Below, in pieces: positions 26,594 through 39,944 of a stretch of DNA of 64,000 nucleotides (the first letter of the stretch is position 1; each line of letters starts with the position of its first letter). The position numbers and the translations under genes are program-made. Origin of the DNA: Octopus sinensis (Eukaryota); the NCBI RefSeq assembly GCF_006345805.1, contig NC_042998.1:165292001-165356000 (forward strand), read 5' to 3'. The notes beneath the pieces were generated by a model. It was not told the DNA's origin, ran no database searches, and worked only from the letters and a program-made list of their open reading frames with translations.

Positions 26594-29500
26594 ATGGCTA
26601 TTCACATTGGTTGTTTAAATGTTCATGGCCTGTTGTCAAGCTGGAAGCAAGGACGCTTTCTGAATGACATCAGGTCGAGAAATTTGGATGTAATTGTTGC
26701 AACGGAAACCCGGGTGAAGGGGCCAAGAGATCTGCTCCCCCTCCTGAACGGCTACGAGAAATACGTTCTCCGAGTCGGGCGGGAGGTGGGGGTGGGTGTT
26801 GGTCCTACTAAAAAGAAACCGGGTAGCCGAGAAAAAGTTGGTTTTTTCTGACCCAGAAGGCAGGCTGGTCGTTCTCGACTTGACATTCAGTTGTGGCAAG
26901 ACAATCAGGCTGGTCGCTATTTATGCACCAAACATTATTGGCCCGCAAACTGAATATTTTCGTGGCCTAGGAAAGTTCCTAGCCACGTCGCATTCACTAG
27001 TAGTGTTAGGAGACTCTAATACAATATGTGCAGCACACACAGATTGTGTTGGCTCAAACTCGAACATGAACAGAAAATGTAACACAGGCTTTCGGGATCT
27101 GCTAAGTCAATTTCAGCTAGCAGATCCATATAGGTTGGAGCACCCGAACACTCCACAGTGGACGTGGTCAAATAGTGACGGGTCTACCAGAACATATCTA
27201 GATAGGATTTTAATTAGAGAAAAAGATAAGTCCATAGTTGAGTGTCCACAGTTTTTTCTAGTCAGCTACAGTGACCACAAGATGGTTACCTGTAAACTGA
27301 CGGTAGATAAGTTGCATAGACAGGGATCTGGCTACTGGAAACTCAATACGTCCCTTTTGGCGATTGAGGAGTACAGAAAGCGGATCAAGATGTTAATACA
27401 GAGGGCATTAACAGGTACCATCATTAATAACAAATGGTGGTACGCCCTAAAAAGAGCCATCAAATATGAGTCTATTAGGTTTAGCATAAGTTTAGCTAAG
27501 AAGGGACGTAAAATAGGAGATGGTCTAGTTAAGGAACTAGAAGAAGCCTGGAGGACTGGTAATACAGACCAAGCGAGGGTGAAAAGACTGGAGTTAAACC
27601 AGCATCTTGAAGCCCACCACATGGGAAGTATTACCAGAGCTAAGTTACGTGCAATGGGAAGTGAAGGAATCAAAGCCGCTGGATGGGCCCGAGTGGTGGA
27701 AGCTCGGCAAGGAAATAGTTCCTCTATTCGGTCTTTGACGAATCAAAATGGTGTCTTGATAAACGAACCCGAGAAAATGTGTGAGGTCTTTCGGGAGTAC
27801 TTCGCCCAGCTGTTCGGGGGTGACGGCGGTCCTGGTGGTGGGAGAGCCCTCGAGGACTTTCTTACCGGGCTGCCGTGCCTCTCGGGGTCGGATGCGGAGT
27901 CTTGCGAAGGGCCAATCACACTTGAGGAGGTGATGGAGGCTTTGGCCGATTGTAAAGCGGGTAAGTCACCGGGACTTGATGGTCTTCCGTACGAGCTGTA
28001 TAAATGTATGCCAGACTTGTTCGGGCAACTACTGACTGACGTGTACGCGAACTGGAAACGGAATGGGTTTATCCCCAGATCTGTGCGCCGGGGAGTAGTG
28101 ACGTTGGTCAGAAAGGACCCGGACAAGGGGACGTTCTAGAGAATTTCAGGCCCATCACTCTGTTAAACGCAGAAGTGAAGATTTTGGCCAAGGTTCTAGC
28201 AAAAAGGTTGGCGCGTGTCGCGAATGGTATAGTCGGGGAGGCACAGACATGTGCCATCCCAGGCAGAACCATTCAGGATACCCTCCATCTTATTCGCTAT
28301 ACCATAGAGAGGTTTGGTAATAAATCTGGCAAAGGTGGGGCATTGGTGCATTTGGACCAGTCTAAAGCTTTTGATAGGGTTGACCATCGATACCTAGCGA
28401 CTGTACTTGCGCGGTTTGGCCTGGGCCTTGGCTTCCTCAGGTGGTTTATCGCTTTGTACCACAACATTGACTCGATAGTTCGGGTGAACGGTTTCCTTTC
28501 GAAGCCGTTCTGCATCAGACGCTCGGTTCGTCAAGGATGTCCGCTTTCACCACTTTTGTATGTGATGGCTCTCGAGCCATTACTGCAAAGGTTGAGTGGC
28601 ATCCCGAGAGAACCAGGACTAGAGGAGTTTGTTACGGCTTTCGCGGATGATATCACTATCAGTGTAACCACAGTGGTACGCCTACGTGAAGTAGGTAAGA
28701 CTATTGAGGCTTACGAGGAGGTAGCAGGAGCAAAGATTAACCGGGAAAAGTCGGTCGGCTTGCAGCTCGGCACCTGGGTTGGCAAGTCGATGCCTTCAGA
28801 CAGTGTTGTTAGGCGCTGGACGGAGGGACCGGTTAAGTTGCTGGGAGTCTGGTTTGGACCAGGCCTCCAGATAGAGAAGAACTGGACGGAGGTATTGAGC
28901 AGGGTGGCTGCAGTAGTCAAGACTTGGTCTTGGCGGTGGCTATCCCTGAAGGGAGGGCGGAAGTGGCCAATGTGTTTATCGCATCGGTCATTACCTACCG
29001 CCTGACTGTCGTGCCCTGTCCGGATTCGTGGTTGATCAGGTTGGAGAGACAGCTCTTTCGCTTTTTGTGGAAGGGCAGGTCGCCACTTGTGAAACGCTCT
29101 GTCTGCTGTCAAAAGCCTTTAAATGGAGGTTTAGGGATGCCTTGGTTAATGATGCGCAGACATGCGTTGAGGTTGAGGCACCTCTGGATTCTCCTGGATA
29201 GTGAACGGGTGTGGTCTCCGCTGGCCAGACAAATGTTCCTGAGTTCAAGAGTTTTTGCGAACAGGAAGCCTGGTGTTCTTGTAGACCGAGGTCGAGTGAG
29301 TGGCATAAAGAGTGCCGTAAGGCCCTCTTGCTGTTCCGGCGCTCGGGCAACGCCAGCGGTGGGGGTTCCACACGGATTTTATATAGTGGGTTGGTAGAGT
29401 CTGAATGCGACGATGGCCTGGGGTCGACTCTAGGTCTCGGATTTATTCAACTGGACAGCTTGTTTCATCGTACATTCGGGTTGAGAACGTTGGACAACTT

Positions 29501-29990
29501 CCAGAAGTCCTTAACCTGGCAATGCTACAGAGGTGCCTTGCCCGTTTGGGATAAGCTCGCAAGACATGGTAAACGTCAGTCGCCGACCTGTCCAAGATGC
29601 GGTGGGGACAAGGAAACCGTCCCTCACGCTATTGTTCAGTGTCCGGAGATAACTGAAATGTGGGCTTATGCTGAACATCTGTTGTCCGGCGAAGGAAGAG
29701 TACGGCTGTCGACTGAGTCAATTATAAAAATTGACCCACCGGGAGTTCTAACGAACGAAGGTAAGAATTGTTTTCTCACGGTTGTAGCAATAGCAAAAGA
29801 GGCTGTATGGAATACTAGGATAAAAGGAATTAAGACAGGCAACTTTATCTCTGGTGACAATTTACGATCCTTTTTTTCTTTTCATTTGAAAAGGAAACTG
29901 TGGCTGGAGAAGAGGTGTCTGTCAGAGTGTACGTTCCAAAAGAGATGGAAGTATGTTGCACGAGTGTTGTGCGTGCAAGGAACCGTGTGA
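26594..29990 (+). pseudogene. Tx1 ORF2 (APE endonuclease, RT, C-terminal Zn finger), four frameshifts
   Basis: LNVHGL, ATET, IYAPN, GDSN, YLDRIL, SDH; KSPGLDGLP, LDQSKAFDRVDH, RQGCPLSP, FADD; CPRC..H...C; shifts near 26780, 28130, 28955, 29237. Confidence 0.92.
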
Positions 29991-31033
29991 ATAGACGAGG
30001 AAAAAAAATAAAAAGGTATCAGCGGTAGATCGGGGCTTGTGGGATCGGAGCGTAACTTGATCATCGCTTCATTTGTATTGTTTTTGTACTGTGTATTCCA
30101 TTCGATTTTTATGTATTGTATTTTATTTTTGATGTCACATTTATGTAAAATCATATCGATTCACTGATCCCATCAGTTGTACTGTCCATATCTATGTTTG
30201 GCCCCCGGTGGGCAATAAAGAAATTGGTATTTCGTCCTCCGCTACATTCTGAGTTCAAATTCCGCCGAGGTCGACTTTGCCTTTCATCCTTTCGGGGTCG
30301 ATAAAATAAGTATCAGTTATGCACTGGGGGCGATATTATCGACTTAATCCGTTTGTCAATCCTTGTTTGTCTCCTCTTTGTGTAGCCCCTTGTGGTCAGT
30401 AAAGAAATAAGAATGGAAATTCTGAGGGACGATATTTTGTTTGACAGATTTGCTTGGAGAGAGACATTAGCGATATTATGAGAGATCGAACTTGCTAATA
30501 AGGGAGACAAGTCAGTCTGACGCAAGATTTAATTTTCATAACCCTCCAAATGACTTCAACAATTTTGTTGTAAGATTTTTACAAAGAATTATGATTTAGT
30601 CACAAACTCGAAGACTTGAGGCATTATTAGTTCAAGAAGAACTGTCAGTTAAAACAAAAGAAAAAAAAGAAAGAAAAACGTAAAACTTGCTTGAACCAGC
30701 GAATAGTACAATTAAGACGATGAGTAGCATACGCTAAGCTTTGACAGATTTGAACTAAAATATTTAGTTACAAAGATCTAGTTACAGCTTTGTTTTATTG
30801 TCTGTGGCTTTGGACCAAAGGGATTGTTAATTAGCAGCAATAGGAAGTAAGGTAACGACAAATCAACGCAGTTTTGGCATTTCAATTAAAAGGTTGTTTA
30901 AATTATATCTAAAAAAATGGATGAATAAATGATAAAAGAATATTGAAGTGGGAAAAGAGGAGATTGGTGGGAGAATAGTGAGGAAGAAGAATGAAAAATT
31001 ATGTGAAATGCTAAAAGGTACACACACACAAAC

Positions 31034-31108
<75 letters not shown>

Positions 31109-31394
31109 ATATATATATATATTATATATATATATAAATTAAATAATAAGGGTAGAAATTGATATTAATCAACTAAAACCGGTGGCTTAGCGTATTTTAA
31201 AAAATCCGATTTAAAAATTGTGTTACATACAAAATTTAGAGGAATGACCACTAAAGGGGAAACCCTATATGCTAAACATAGACGTCATATCGCTATTACC
31301 ACGAAGAATGTGTTTTCAAGAAAAATCTCAGTAAAAAAACAAAATGTAAAAATAAGCAAGACAAATGAAAATATACGAAATAAAAAACTATTAC

Positions 31395-31468
31395 CTAGGT
31401 ACCATTGATTTCACTTGTTAATATTTACGTATATGAACACGAAAATATCTGCAAGATCATCAGCATAG
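31395..31468 (-). ncRNA. Hammerhead motif with enlarged stem II in a PLE-like remnant next to (TA)n
   Basis: Minus: CTATG-CTGATGA-tCTTG...CAAGt-GAAAT-caatg-GTA-CCTAG; stem I 4/5 paired. Confidence 0.55.
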
Positions 31469-31599
31469 TCTGTCGTTTACAAAACATTATTTCCAGAACT
31501 AGATACAGAACGCTCATCCGAAATTGAGCATGTATAAAGTTCTACTATTATATATTTGGGTGTATCTTTCAAATGCTTTGACTTTGGCATTTCGCATTT

Positions 31600-34500
31600 C
31601 GGCTGATATTGGCATTTCGCAGAACTCCTCATCCATGGTTGAGAGGCGTGGCATGCCACTAAGATAGGAGGTGAAATCCATCACCGTCCCAGAACCACCA
31701 CGCACCCATGCACTTCGGTGAAGTACCGCTGAAATTCCGCACACATCTGCTTAGACTCGGTTATCATGCACCCATCACAGATCGCCTAAGCCCGAAATGT
31801 TGCTTTGTTTCCACGCAGCGCCTCTGCATCCGGGCCCATAAAACGCTTTTGTCCCCTCCCATTTCAGTGCATACGCTTTAGTTCTAACAATGCAACCTCC
31901 GTGCTTGGCGTTGAAGAATTGATCAAGAGCCAATCTCGTCGCTAGCACGTCGGTCGCTGTGCTCTTCCTAAGCGCTTCTTCTAACGTCCTAACTTAGTCT
32001 CCCCCTCTCCTAGATTCCTCTAACGGTATTTCCTAACTAAAAACTACCGCCTCTAATCTAATAATCCTTTTCAGGGTTATCTACCATCTGCTTTTGACGA
32101 TCGCACTCGCCAAATTCCGATGCGCTAACTTGGTAACCCGGTCTCTGAAAGCTTGGGAAGGACGTGTTCATCTTCCAGTATCCGGGGCCCAGTCTATGGA
32201 TCCTATCTATGTCGACTGTACAAATCACAAATTTATGGTCCATATAGCCGACGACTTTGAAACATGGACAATTTATATTACTTCTATCTACAGGCCTACA
32301 AATTACTCTATCTTGATACGATCTGGAAGACCAGACGTGGTTCATTCATGTCCACATTGGCGCATTCGGAAAATCCAGTAAGTTCCTGTCATCCAACAGG
32401 AAGCGACTGAGCAGTTTTGTGAGGTTTTTACTCCTCCTCTCCTGTCAACTAACAATAAAGGGCGTGACGTCCCAAGGAAAACCTCCAAACATCTGGAGAA
32501 ATCTGGCTTCCCCACCCCCTTGGGGTCATAAACAGCGACTAGACTAAAGGCATCACCTTCACTGTCGCTCAGGCCCAGGACTTACCCTCCGGGTCCAGGA
32601 AGATCGTCCGAACTTCGAGAAACAGGCCTTTCCTAAACAGCATTGCTACCGCCTCCCATTCTGGGCCGACTAAGAGATGCGTAGAACACACAGTCGTCGA
32701 AAATGTGTGCAAGATCGCGTGTGTCGGAAAGCCTGGTCTCACTGGCTGCAATCAGATCCAAACCTAGCGACCTGAGGTCATTGAGCAAGCGACCTTGCTT
32801 CCAGGGCGACCTCAGGCCGCGAACATTTATGCAGCCTATTCTGAAAATCACCATGACGGCTCGAAAGGGTTGAAGAAAAGAGAAAAAGAGCGGGGTTACA
32901 TACCCTCCTGGATCTGGTAGTAGCCTGATAACCAGGGCTCTGGATCTGGTTCCTCTGGGAAACCGGCTAAAAGCCTGTTCGTGGCGCAGACGTTTGGCCT
33001 TTCTACGTCATGCTGGAAATCCCTCTGAATTTCTTTGTGTTTAGAGGTGTAGCCAAATTAGCATTAAGTGATCCGGAATGTTAAGGGTGCTGGTGTCGTA
33101 AATTGCACCTTCTGTCTGAATCTCCTTGTTACTGGCTATGGGAGCCAACAAATTTTTGTTGGCTCTCCTCATGAGCACATAATTCAATGTTTCCGTATTG
33201 ATGACTGTGAACTTTGTTTTGGGGTCTACATGTGGTTGTGAGTGTTTTGGTGGATTTGGTTGGGGTAGTGGTGATTTTGGTGCTGTTGTTGTTTTTGCCG
33301 TCTATGTCCTATGTGCAGGGGGTTTCAGTGCTTTCAGTGTTAGTGTAGGTTCGTCTTCTTTATCTTTTGTCTTAAGGTTTTTTTGCTTTTGCCTTGTAGC
33401 GTTTTTTCTCATCTTCCCTACTGGATGAAGAGGAAGTAGTGTCTGTAGGATTTGCCTCGGGGAGAATGACTGTGTTTGTGGCAGTATTAGCATGTTGGTG
33501 TGATTGTATGATTGAGAAAGAGGGCAAAGAAGGCTGGTTTGACAGATACTCTGAGTGGTTTCCTCCATCCAATGGGATTCACATGTTTCGGTTGTTGTTG
33601 GAGATGAAGCTACCGTTTTATTAAAATGTCTCTGTTGTTGCTGTTGCTATTGTTGAAAGTGCAATGTAGGTTGCAGGTCTAGCCACGTACTTCCCAAATT
33701 TTGGGGGTAAGAAGCTCTCAGGTGGCTTATGGTCCCAGAGAAGTCGCATCTGGGCTTCTTGTCTTCCACGACAACAAGCAATTCCCCCTTGTTGGGTAGC
33801 TGGATAAGGTCCGAGATTTTCTCGATATTTCCTGGTTTCACATGGATTAATATTTCCAAGTTGATCCCACAGCAGTTCTCCCTGCTGCTCCTTTTTACCT
33901 CCAGGAGTGATTCTGAGCCGTGCACCACACAGGTGACAATCCATCTGACGTTTGCTCCTGGTGGCACATCATTTACACTAATTCTGGTCGTCCAATTTCA
34001 GAAGTAGGAGGATGCAGGACCCACTCCTCAGTCCATCGGCGTGGCACTGCGTTTCTTTGCGAGAGGTCCTTACTTTTAAAGAAGAACTCAATGCTGGCAA
34101 ATTCCCCTCACTCCGTATATGGACCACATCTATTAAAGTTTCTCTGAGGGCCTTCTCAGCATGACTGATGGAGGCTATTTCAACTGGTCTACTTTTGCAG
34201 GATTCGCATCTGAAGTATACTGTCTTCTTTTTTGCCTCTATTATTTCGGTAGGTACGAACACTGCAGCCTTACCCCGCTCAGACTTAATGATGTCTTTCG
34301 CTTTTGAGAGTTCAGGAGTTTTGTCATCGAGTGCGATAGCAAACATTTCTCTCTTTGAGTTCACTACCTCAGCAAACCTTTTATTTTTGTTATTGTCTTT
34401 GTTGTTGTCGTCGTCGTTGCTGTTGTTATCGTTGTTGTTACTGCTGCTGCTGCTGTTCGTGGTGATGGAGTTGTGGCCACTTTCACCGTTATCGCTATTT

Positions 34501-35090
34501 CCCTCCACTCCGCCTTCAACTGTAGGATTATTTTTTCCGCTAAAATCCGTAGCAGTGTTAACGAAACTGCTGTCTCTGCGGTTATTGTCACTGCCACTGA
34601 TGCTGCTGCCCTTGCCGCTTCTCGCGTTGTAGTAGCTACCACTACTACTACTGTAGCTGCTGCCGCTGTTAGGGTCACAGCTACCACTACTGTTGTCAAT
34701 GTTGCCACTGGTGTACTTTGTACTTTTCTGCCTCCCTTTTTCCCCTCCTCTCCTGTATTGTGGCCTGTAATGGAGGGACAGGGAAGGGAAATCTTCAGCA
34801 GTCACTAGACCTGCGGGAGATATAGTTTTTTCTTAACTTTTTCAAGATGCGCCCCACTCATCTTGTTGAATTGTATATGATTAAACAACCACCGAACTTA
34901 CTTGGTGGGCAGAATATAGCCCCGTAAGGGGCCAAACAAACACAGAAACCCAGTGACAAGTTCTTGGTGTTTCTATTAACAACTTGGAACAAAATATAAA
35001 CCGAAAAAACGGCAGCAAACGGGTGTAAACAATTGTTTTCAAAAGAACTTACTTGGAGGGTTCAAAAACACGTCCGATGCACTCCGCAGC
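31600..35090 (-). mobile_element. 3'-truncated, decayed Tx1-clade element (element 2): 5'UTR, ORF1, APE domain and tether
   Basis: IGCINVRGLRSPWKQGRLLNDLRS (32633-32854), LDPEGK, YMDHK, GPGYWKMNTS, CEMPISAE; ORF1 pieces VVVEDKKPRC; homologous to element 1. Confidence 0.88.
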
Positions 35091-35102
35091 AAATACAATA
35101 AA

Positions 35103-35148
<46 letters not shown>

Positions 35149-35150
35149 TA

Positions 35151-35352
35151 ACCCTTTTAACCAAAAGAATAAGACCTGAAATTTGGTGGGAGGGGACTAG
35201 TCGATTACATCGACCCCAATGTTTAACTGGTACTTAATTTATTGATTTGGAAAGGATGAAAGGTAAAGTCGACCACAGCGGAATTTGAACTCAGAACTAA
35301 TGGCCGCTAAGCATTTTGCCTAGAGTGCTAAGGATTCTGCCAGCTCGTAGCC

Positions 35353-35387
<35 letters not shown>

Positions 35388-35794
35388 CCTTCCTATCATA
35401 GGCACAAGACCTGAAATTTGGAGGTAGAGGTTAAATCGATTATATCAACCCCGAAAGGAAGTAAGGCAAAGTTGACTTCGGCGGAATTTGAACCCAGAAC
35501 GTGTAGACAGACGAAATACCGCTAGGCATTTCGCCCGGCATGCTAACGACTCTGCCAGCTCACCGACTTATAATAATAATAACCCCTTCTACTAAAGGCA
35601 CAAAGCCTGAAATTTTGAGGAGGGGACTAATCGATTACATCGACTCCGGTATTTCACTGGTACTTAATTTTTCGACCCAGAAAGGATGAAAAGTAAAGTC
35701 GACGTCGGCGGAATTTGAACTTAGAACGTCGTGACGGGCGAATTACCGCTCAGCATTTCGTCCGGCGCGCTAACGATTCTGTCAGTTCACCGCC

Positions 35795-35829
<35 letters not shown>

Positions 35830-36040
35830 CTTTTCATTTAAAGGTACAAGGCCTGAAATGTGTGGGAGAGGCCTGAAATGTGTGGGTTGATTGCATCAAC
35901 CGCAGTGAATCACTGGTACTCAAAGGATGAAATTCAAAGTTGAACTTATCGGTATTTGGACTCAGAACAAATTTGAACTCAGAACAAAAGGCCGCCAAGC
36001 ACTTTGCCCGGTGTGCTAACGATTTTGCCAGTTCGCCGCC

Positions 36041-36042
<2 letters not shown>
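35151..36042 (-). mobile_element. Head-to-tail array of four SINE family A copies (tail B) separated by (AAT)n
   Basis: Copies at ~35151-35354, 35387-35570, 35583-35796, 35829-36042. Confidence 0.88.
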
Positions 36043-36088
<46 letters not shown>

Positions 36089-37734
36089 GATGGATGGTTT
36101 GGTGGATGGATGTATCTATGAATGCCTGTGTGCATATTCATGTGTATGTACATTTGCATTTATATACATAATAGTTCTCTGCTTTATTCTGTATGTGATT
36201 CCATGTGCACTGAGTTTTATTTGAATGTGTAAGCACGAGTATACGTTTTTCCCGCATATGAAAAATGCTTCTGCTTTGATACGTGTTTGTTACACTAATT
36301 TTATATGTATATATGCATGCACCTGTGACGGGTATTTCTGTTATGTGTTATTTTTCCTGTATGTGTGTGCTTTGTATTGGTGAAAAATGTAAAAATATTG
36401 AGGAAAGAAGGAGAAAAAAATGAAGTAAAAAGGAAGAAAGAAAGGAAGGAAAAAAGATAGAAATGAAAGATGAACTTATTTTACCTGACTCCATTAGATT
36501 TCTCATCCATTAGATTTTGTACATAGCAGAGAGATAGACGGAGAGGTTAGATCATCAATTTTCTTCCTTTCCTCCAACAGGCAGACGCCAGGCGACATTT
36601 TGATAATTTGCTGACTTTTACAAAAAAAATTAATGGTAATAAATTAATAAAAAGCCGGAAAGAAAAATAAATATATAATAAGGAAATGAGGAAGAAGAAA
36701 GCCCAAAATAAATCGAAACAAAAATAAAACAGTTACAAAATAAAATATACGATATTAAAAATAGATAAAAAAAGATATTTACGCATAAAAATAAAACAGC
36801 AAAAACAAAGATATATAATATAAACTATATAATATAAATATGTATTAAAAGAAAAATAATAAAAAAGGGAATGGTCAAGGCAAAAATAAATAAAAAAAAT
36901 TGTAACAAGAAAATAATATCCTCCTTAACAACAACAACAGCAGCAATAGTAGCAACAGTAACAATAACAACAACACAAATATAGTGCAAACAAGCTATAA
37001 GAAAACGACTGCCGAAGCACGTTTGCTGATTATAGCTAATTTCATTATTCTTGTTATCTCATTGATTACTCTTGATTGAACGACAAAATGAAGCGAATAA
37101 AGAAAGAAAAAATGTAAAAATACAAAGTCGTTGAATGCGCAATCCTAGTCAGCAAGATGCTGATATGCTGGCCTAATCAACAGGGTGAATATTGGTCGAC
37201 CAATGCTAATGTGTGCAGTCTAGTAACAAGCAAACGGTATACATCAAACCCACCTCCATATTTGACCTGAAAAGTCAGTCTATGAAAAATACGTACGAGG
37301 CTCTGCTTAAATCAAAGTATCGATAATTCTGTCGGGACTAATGTGGATATCATTTTTTATCCGAGAGGAAGAGAAAAAAAATATATTTGGCAGACGTATG
37401 ATCAAAGACATTCCAACCATGACCATTTAGTTTCACTAATATTCTTTTATCCTTCTGGTTTCTTCGGCGTGATTTGGCTGCTATTTCTAGAAGGTTAATA
37501 GACTGTATAGAGGATAGTCTGTCGATGATTAAAACCGTTCAAGCAGTGATCATCGCATCTTTTTAATTAAACGTTGTGTATCGTCTGATTGTCTGACTGA
37601 CAAAAATCAAAGCAGAAATATATTAAAGAAAAATGGTGAGGAAAACCACTCCATGGTCAATATTCTACAAGATTTGACAGGGAGAAAGTAAGATAGTGTG
37701 ATGCCAATTTTGGTACATAAGCTCTGAAATAATG

Positions 37735-38245
37735 ATTTCAAATTTTGGCACAAGGCCAGCAACTTTGTGGCTGGGGTTATAAGTCGATTACATCGACCCC
37801 AGTGCTCAGCTGGTACTTATTTTATCGACCCCAAAACGATGAAAGACATAGACGACCTCGGCGGAATTGGAACTCAAGACGTAAGAAATTCCGTTAAACA
37901 TTTTGTCCGGCGTTGCTAACATTATTACCAGATCACCGCCCTTTGAAAGCTCTGAAATAATAGCAAAAACATATCTGCACAAGACCAATGTCTTGCTACA
38001 AATGTTTTATATATATTTAATTGAAGAGCCATGCTGTGAGCAAACAGATCCCTTGGCACGCCGGGCAAATGCTTGGTGACATTTCGCCAGTCTGTACGTT
38101 CTGAGTTCAATCTCCACTAAAGTCGACTTTTCTTCCATCCTTTCAGTGTTGATAAAACAAGTACCAGCAGGGTACTGGGGTCGATGCAGTTGACTTGCTC
38201 CCTTTCTCAAAATTGCTGGCCTTATGCCAAAAATTGAAACTAATA
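37735..38245. mobile_element. Two SINE family A copies (tail C) in divergent orientation: 37735-37942 minus, ~38045-38245 plus
   Basis: Core and tail C motifs on opposite strands. Confidence 0.8.
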
Positions 38246-38896
38246 TTTTATTCATTTAATTCATGGCGTTTTCAGGTACTCCTATTAAGCATGATGACAC
38301 TAATGTTCCTTTTGAACCTCCAAATTCAATACCAGCAGGGAAAATATGAGCAAGGAGAGAACTGCACACGACTGACGTTCTGTGAAAGAAGTAATTGATA
38401 TAGTAATTAGTGCGGAGCCTATAAGTTGGGACAAAAGAGTGATGAGCATTGGAAAGACGAGTGGAATAGGAATGCTTTGCGTATAGATGATACAAGCACA
38501 GCCACCTTAATGGCGGAAAGGTAATTATAGCAGACTTAGAAAAGACAGAGCTGTGTATCAGAGACTGTAGCGTATCGGTGTGTGATTTTACGCGAAGTGA
38601 AAAGAATGGTAACATTAAATGCAAACTACATAGCTGGGACCAAGAAAATATTGGCCACATCACTATTGACTGACCAGTCCTTGCAGAATCCGAGAATATT
38701 CAGAGACACGATTGGGTTTTTAGCTAGACTAGACAAAGCCCACAATTCATACATACTCTATAGAAATTCTACCCAATAATATAGCACTAGATATAATCTT
38801 CAGTAGTGTCGTACAAACTTTTCACAAAATTCAAGAAAACGTTAGCGATACCAAATTTATATTTACATCTAATTACGCTCTTATATATCACATTAT

Positions 38897-39105
38897 GTGG
38901 CGAGCTGGCCAAATAGGTTAGCACACCGGGCAAAATGCTTAACATTTCATCCAGCTTTGTGTCCTGAGTTCAAATTCCGCTGAGGTCAACGTTACCTCTC
39001 ATCATTTCGGGGTCAATGGAATAAGTATCAGTCGAGCATTGAGGTTGATGTAATAAACTAGCCCGCTTCCAACAAATTTCAGACCTTTACCTTTTGTAGA
39101 AAAAG
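38897..39105 (+). mobile_element. SINE family A (tail B)
   Basis: GGCGAGCTGG..GAGTTCAAATTCCGC..AAATTTCAGACCTT. Confidence 0.8.
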
Positions 39106-39705
39106 TTACGCAAATGTAGAAAACGAAGAATAAAAACTTACATTTAACTGACTTAAATTATCTTATGTGAAAAGAAGAATGTGACTTTGTTAGTATTATG
39201 AAGCTTGCAATGGACCAACAAAGTTTTGGTAGGGTCTACTGGTAGACTACCAGGGTAACGTCGAGAATCCTTCTATAATGTCGTTGCCAAACAATATAAC
39301 ACAAAACATACTCTTTACAATCAACTCTCAATAATAACACATTCTCTACAAAACAACCATTAAACAATGTATTACAAACCACAGAAAACATATCGCTCAC
39401 AATCAGTACCTACCATATCTGGATACATCTCAGTCAACAACGACTCCCTACTTGAATGGCCGATCATACCACAAAACTTGATTTGGCCGAAAATATCTAA
39501 GTTATCGAAGTTATAATAACACAGCACTTACATAACCGATATCAGATGGTATACTATCAACAACTCATACAATTCTGTATGAGTGTTACCAACTAATACA
39601 ATAGAATACAAACGGTACAATTTCTTAATCATCGTTCGACGCTAAAACACGTCACATCAGTCACATAGTTCTTATGAAATACAAACACCTCTAAATACTT
39701 TAACG

Positions 39706-39944
39706 CAATGGTTCTCAACGATTTTTTGCTTATGGACCCCTTGATTCTTGTTTTCCTCAACTTGACCTCTATAGCGATTCGATGTATATATCAAAAAAAA
39801 TCCTATTGAATTTTTGTAATTAAATATTATTTGAAATTGTATAAAAAGACTAAAATATTTTGTGTATTGTAGAAGTATAACTAATTTATTGCACATAAAC
39901 CTTAACAGCAAAATCTTATGTGGACCCCAGTTAAGAACCACTTG
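39706..39944. mobile_element. hAT MITE related to 23706-24027
   Basis: CAATGGTTCTCAAC ... GTTAAGAACCACTTG termini with GGACCCC motifs. Confidence 0.65.

Larger units (their letters stand above)
24880..30225 (+). mobile_element. Full-length Tx1/L1-clade non-LTR retrotransposon (element 1)
   Basis: 5'UTR, zinc-knuckle ORF1, APE-RT-Zn ORF2, 3'UTR ending GCCCCCGGTGGGCAATAAAGAAAT; TSD GGTATTTC. Confidence 0.92.
24823..30408 (+). mobile_element. SINE family A (Tx1-type tail A) split by a Tx1 insertion: 24823-24879 and 30226-30408
   Basis: Head AAGGCGGCGAGCTG..CGGTATTTC resumes as GGTATTTCGTC..GAGTTCAAATTCC; SINE TSD AAGAATGGA at 24810-24818 and 30409-30417. Confidence 0.88.

Noticed and set aside
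34168-34808. Antisense ORFs over element 2, and similar ones over elements 1 and 3
   Set aside because: Shadows of low-complexity or GC-richer coding sequence on the opposite strand
35151-36042. CRISPR-like repeat/spacer array
   Set aside because: Units are ~200-bp SINEs separated by microsatellite in eukaryotic DNA; no cas genes
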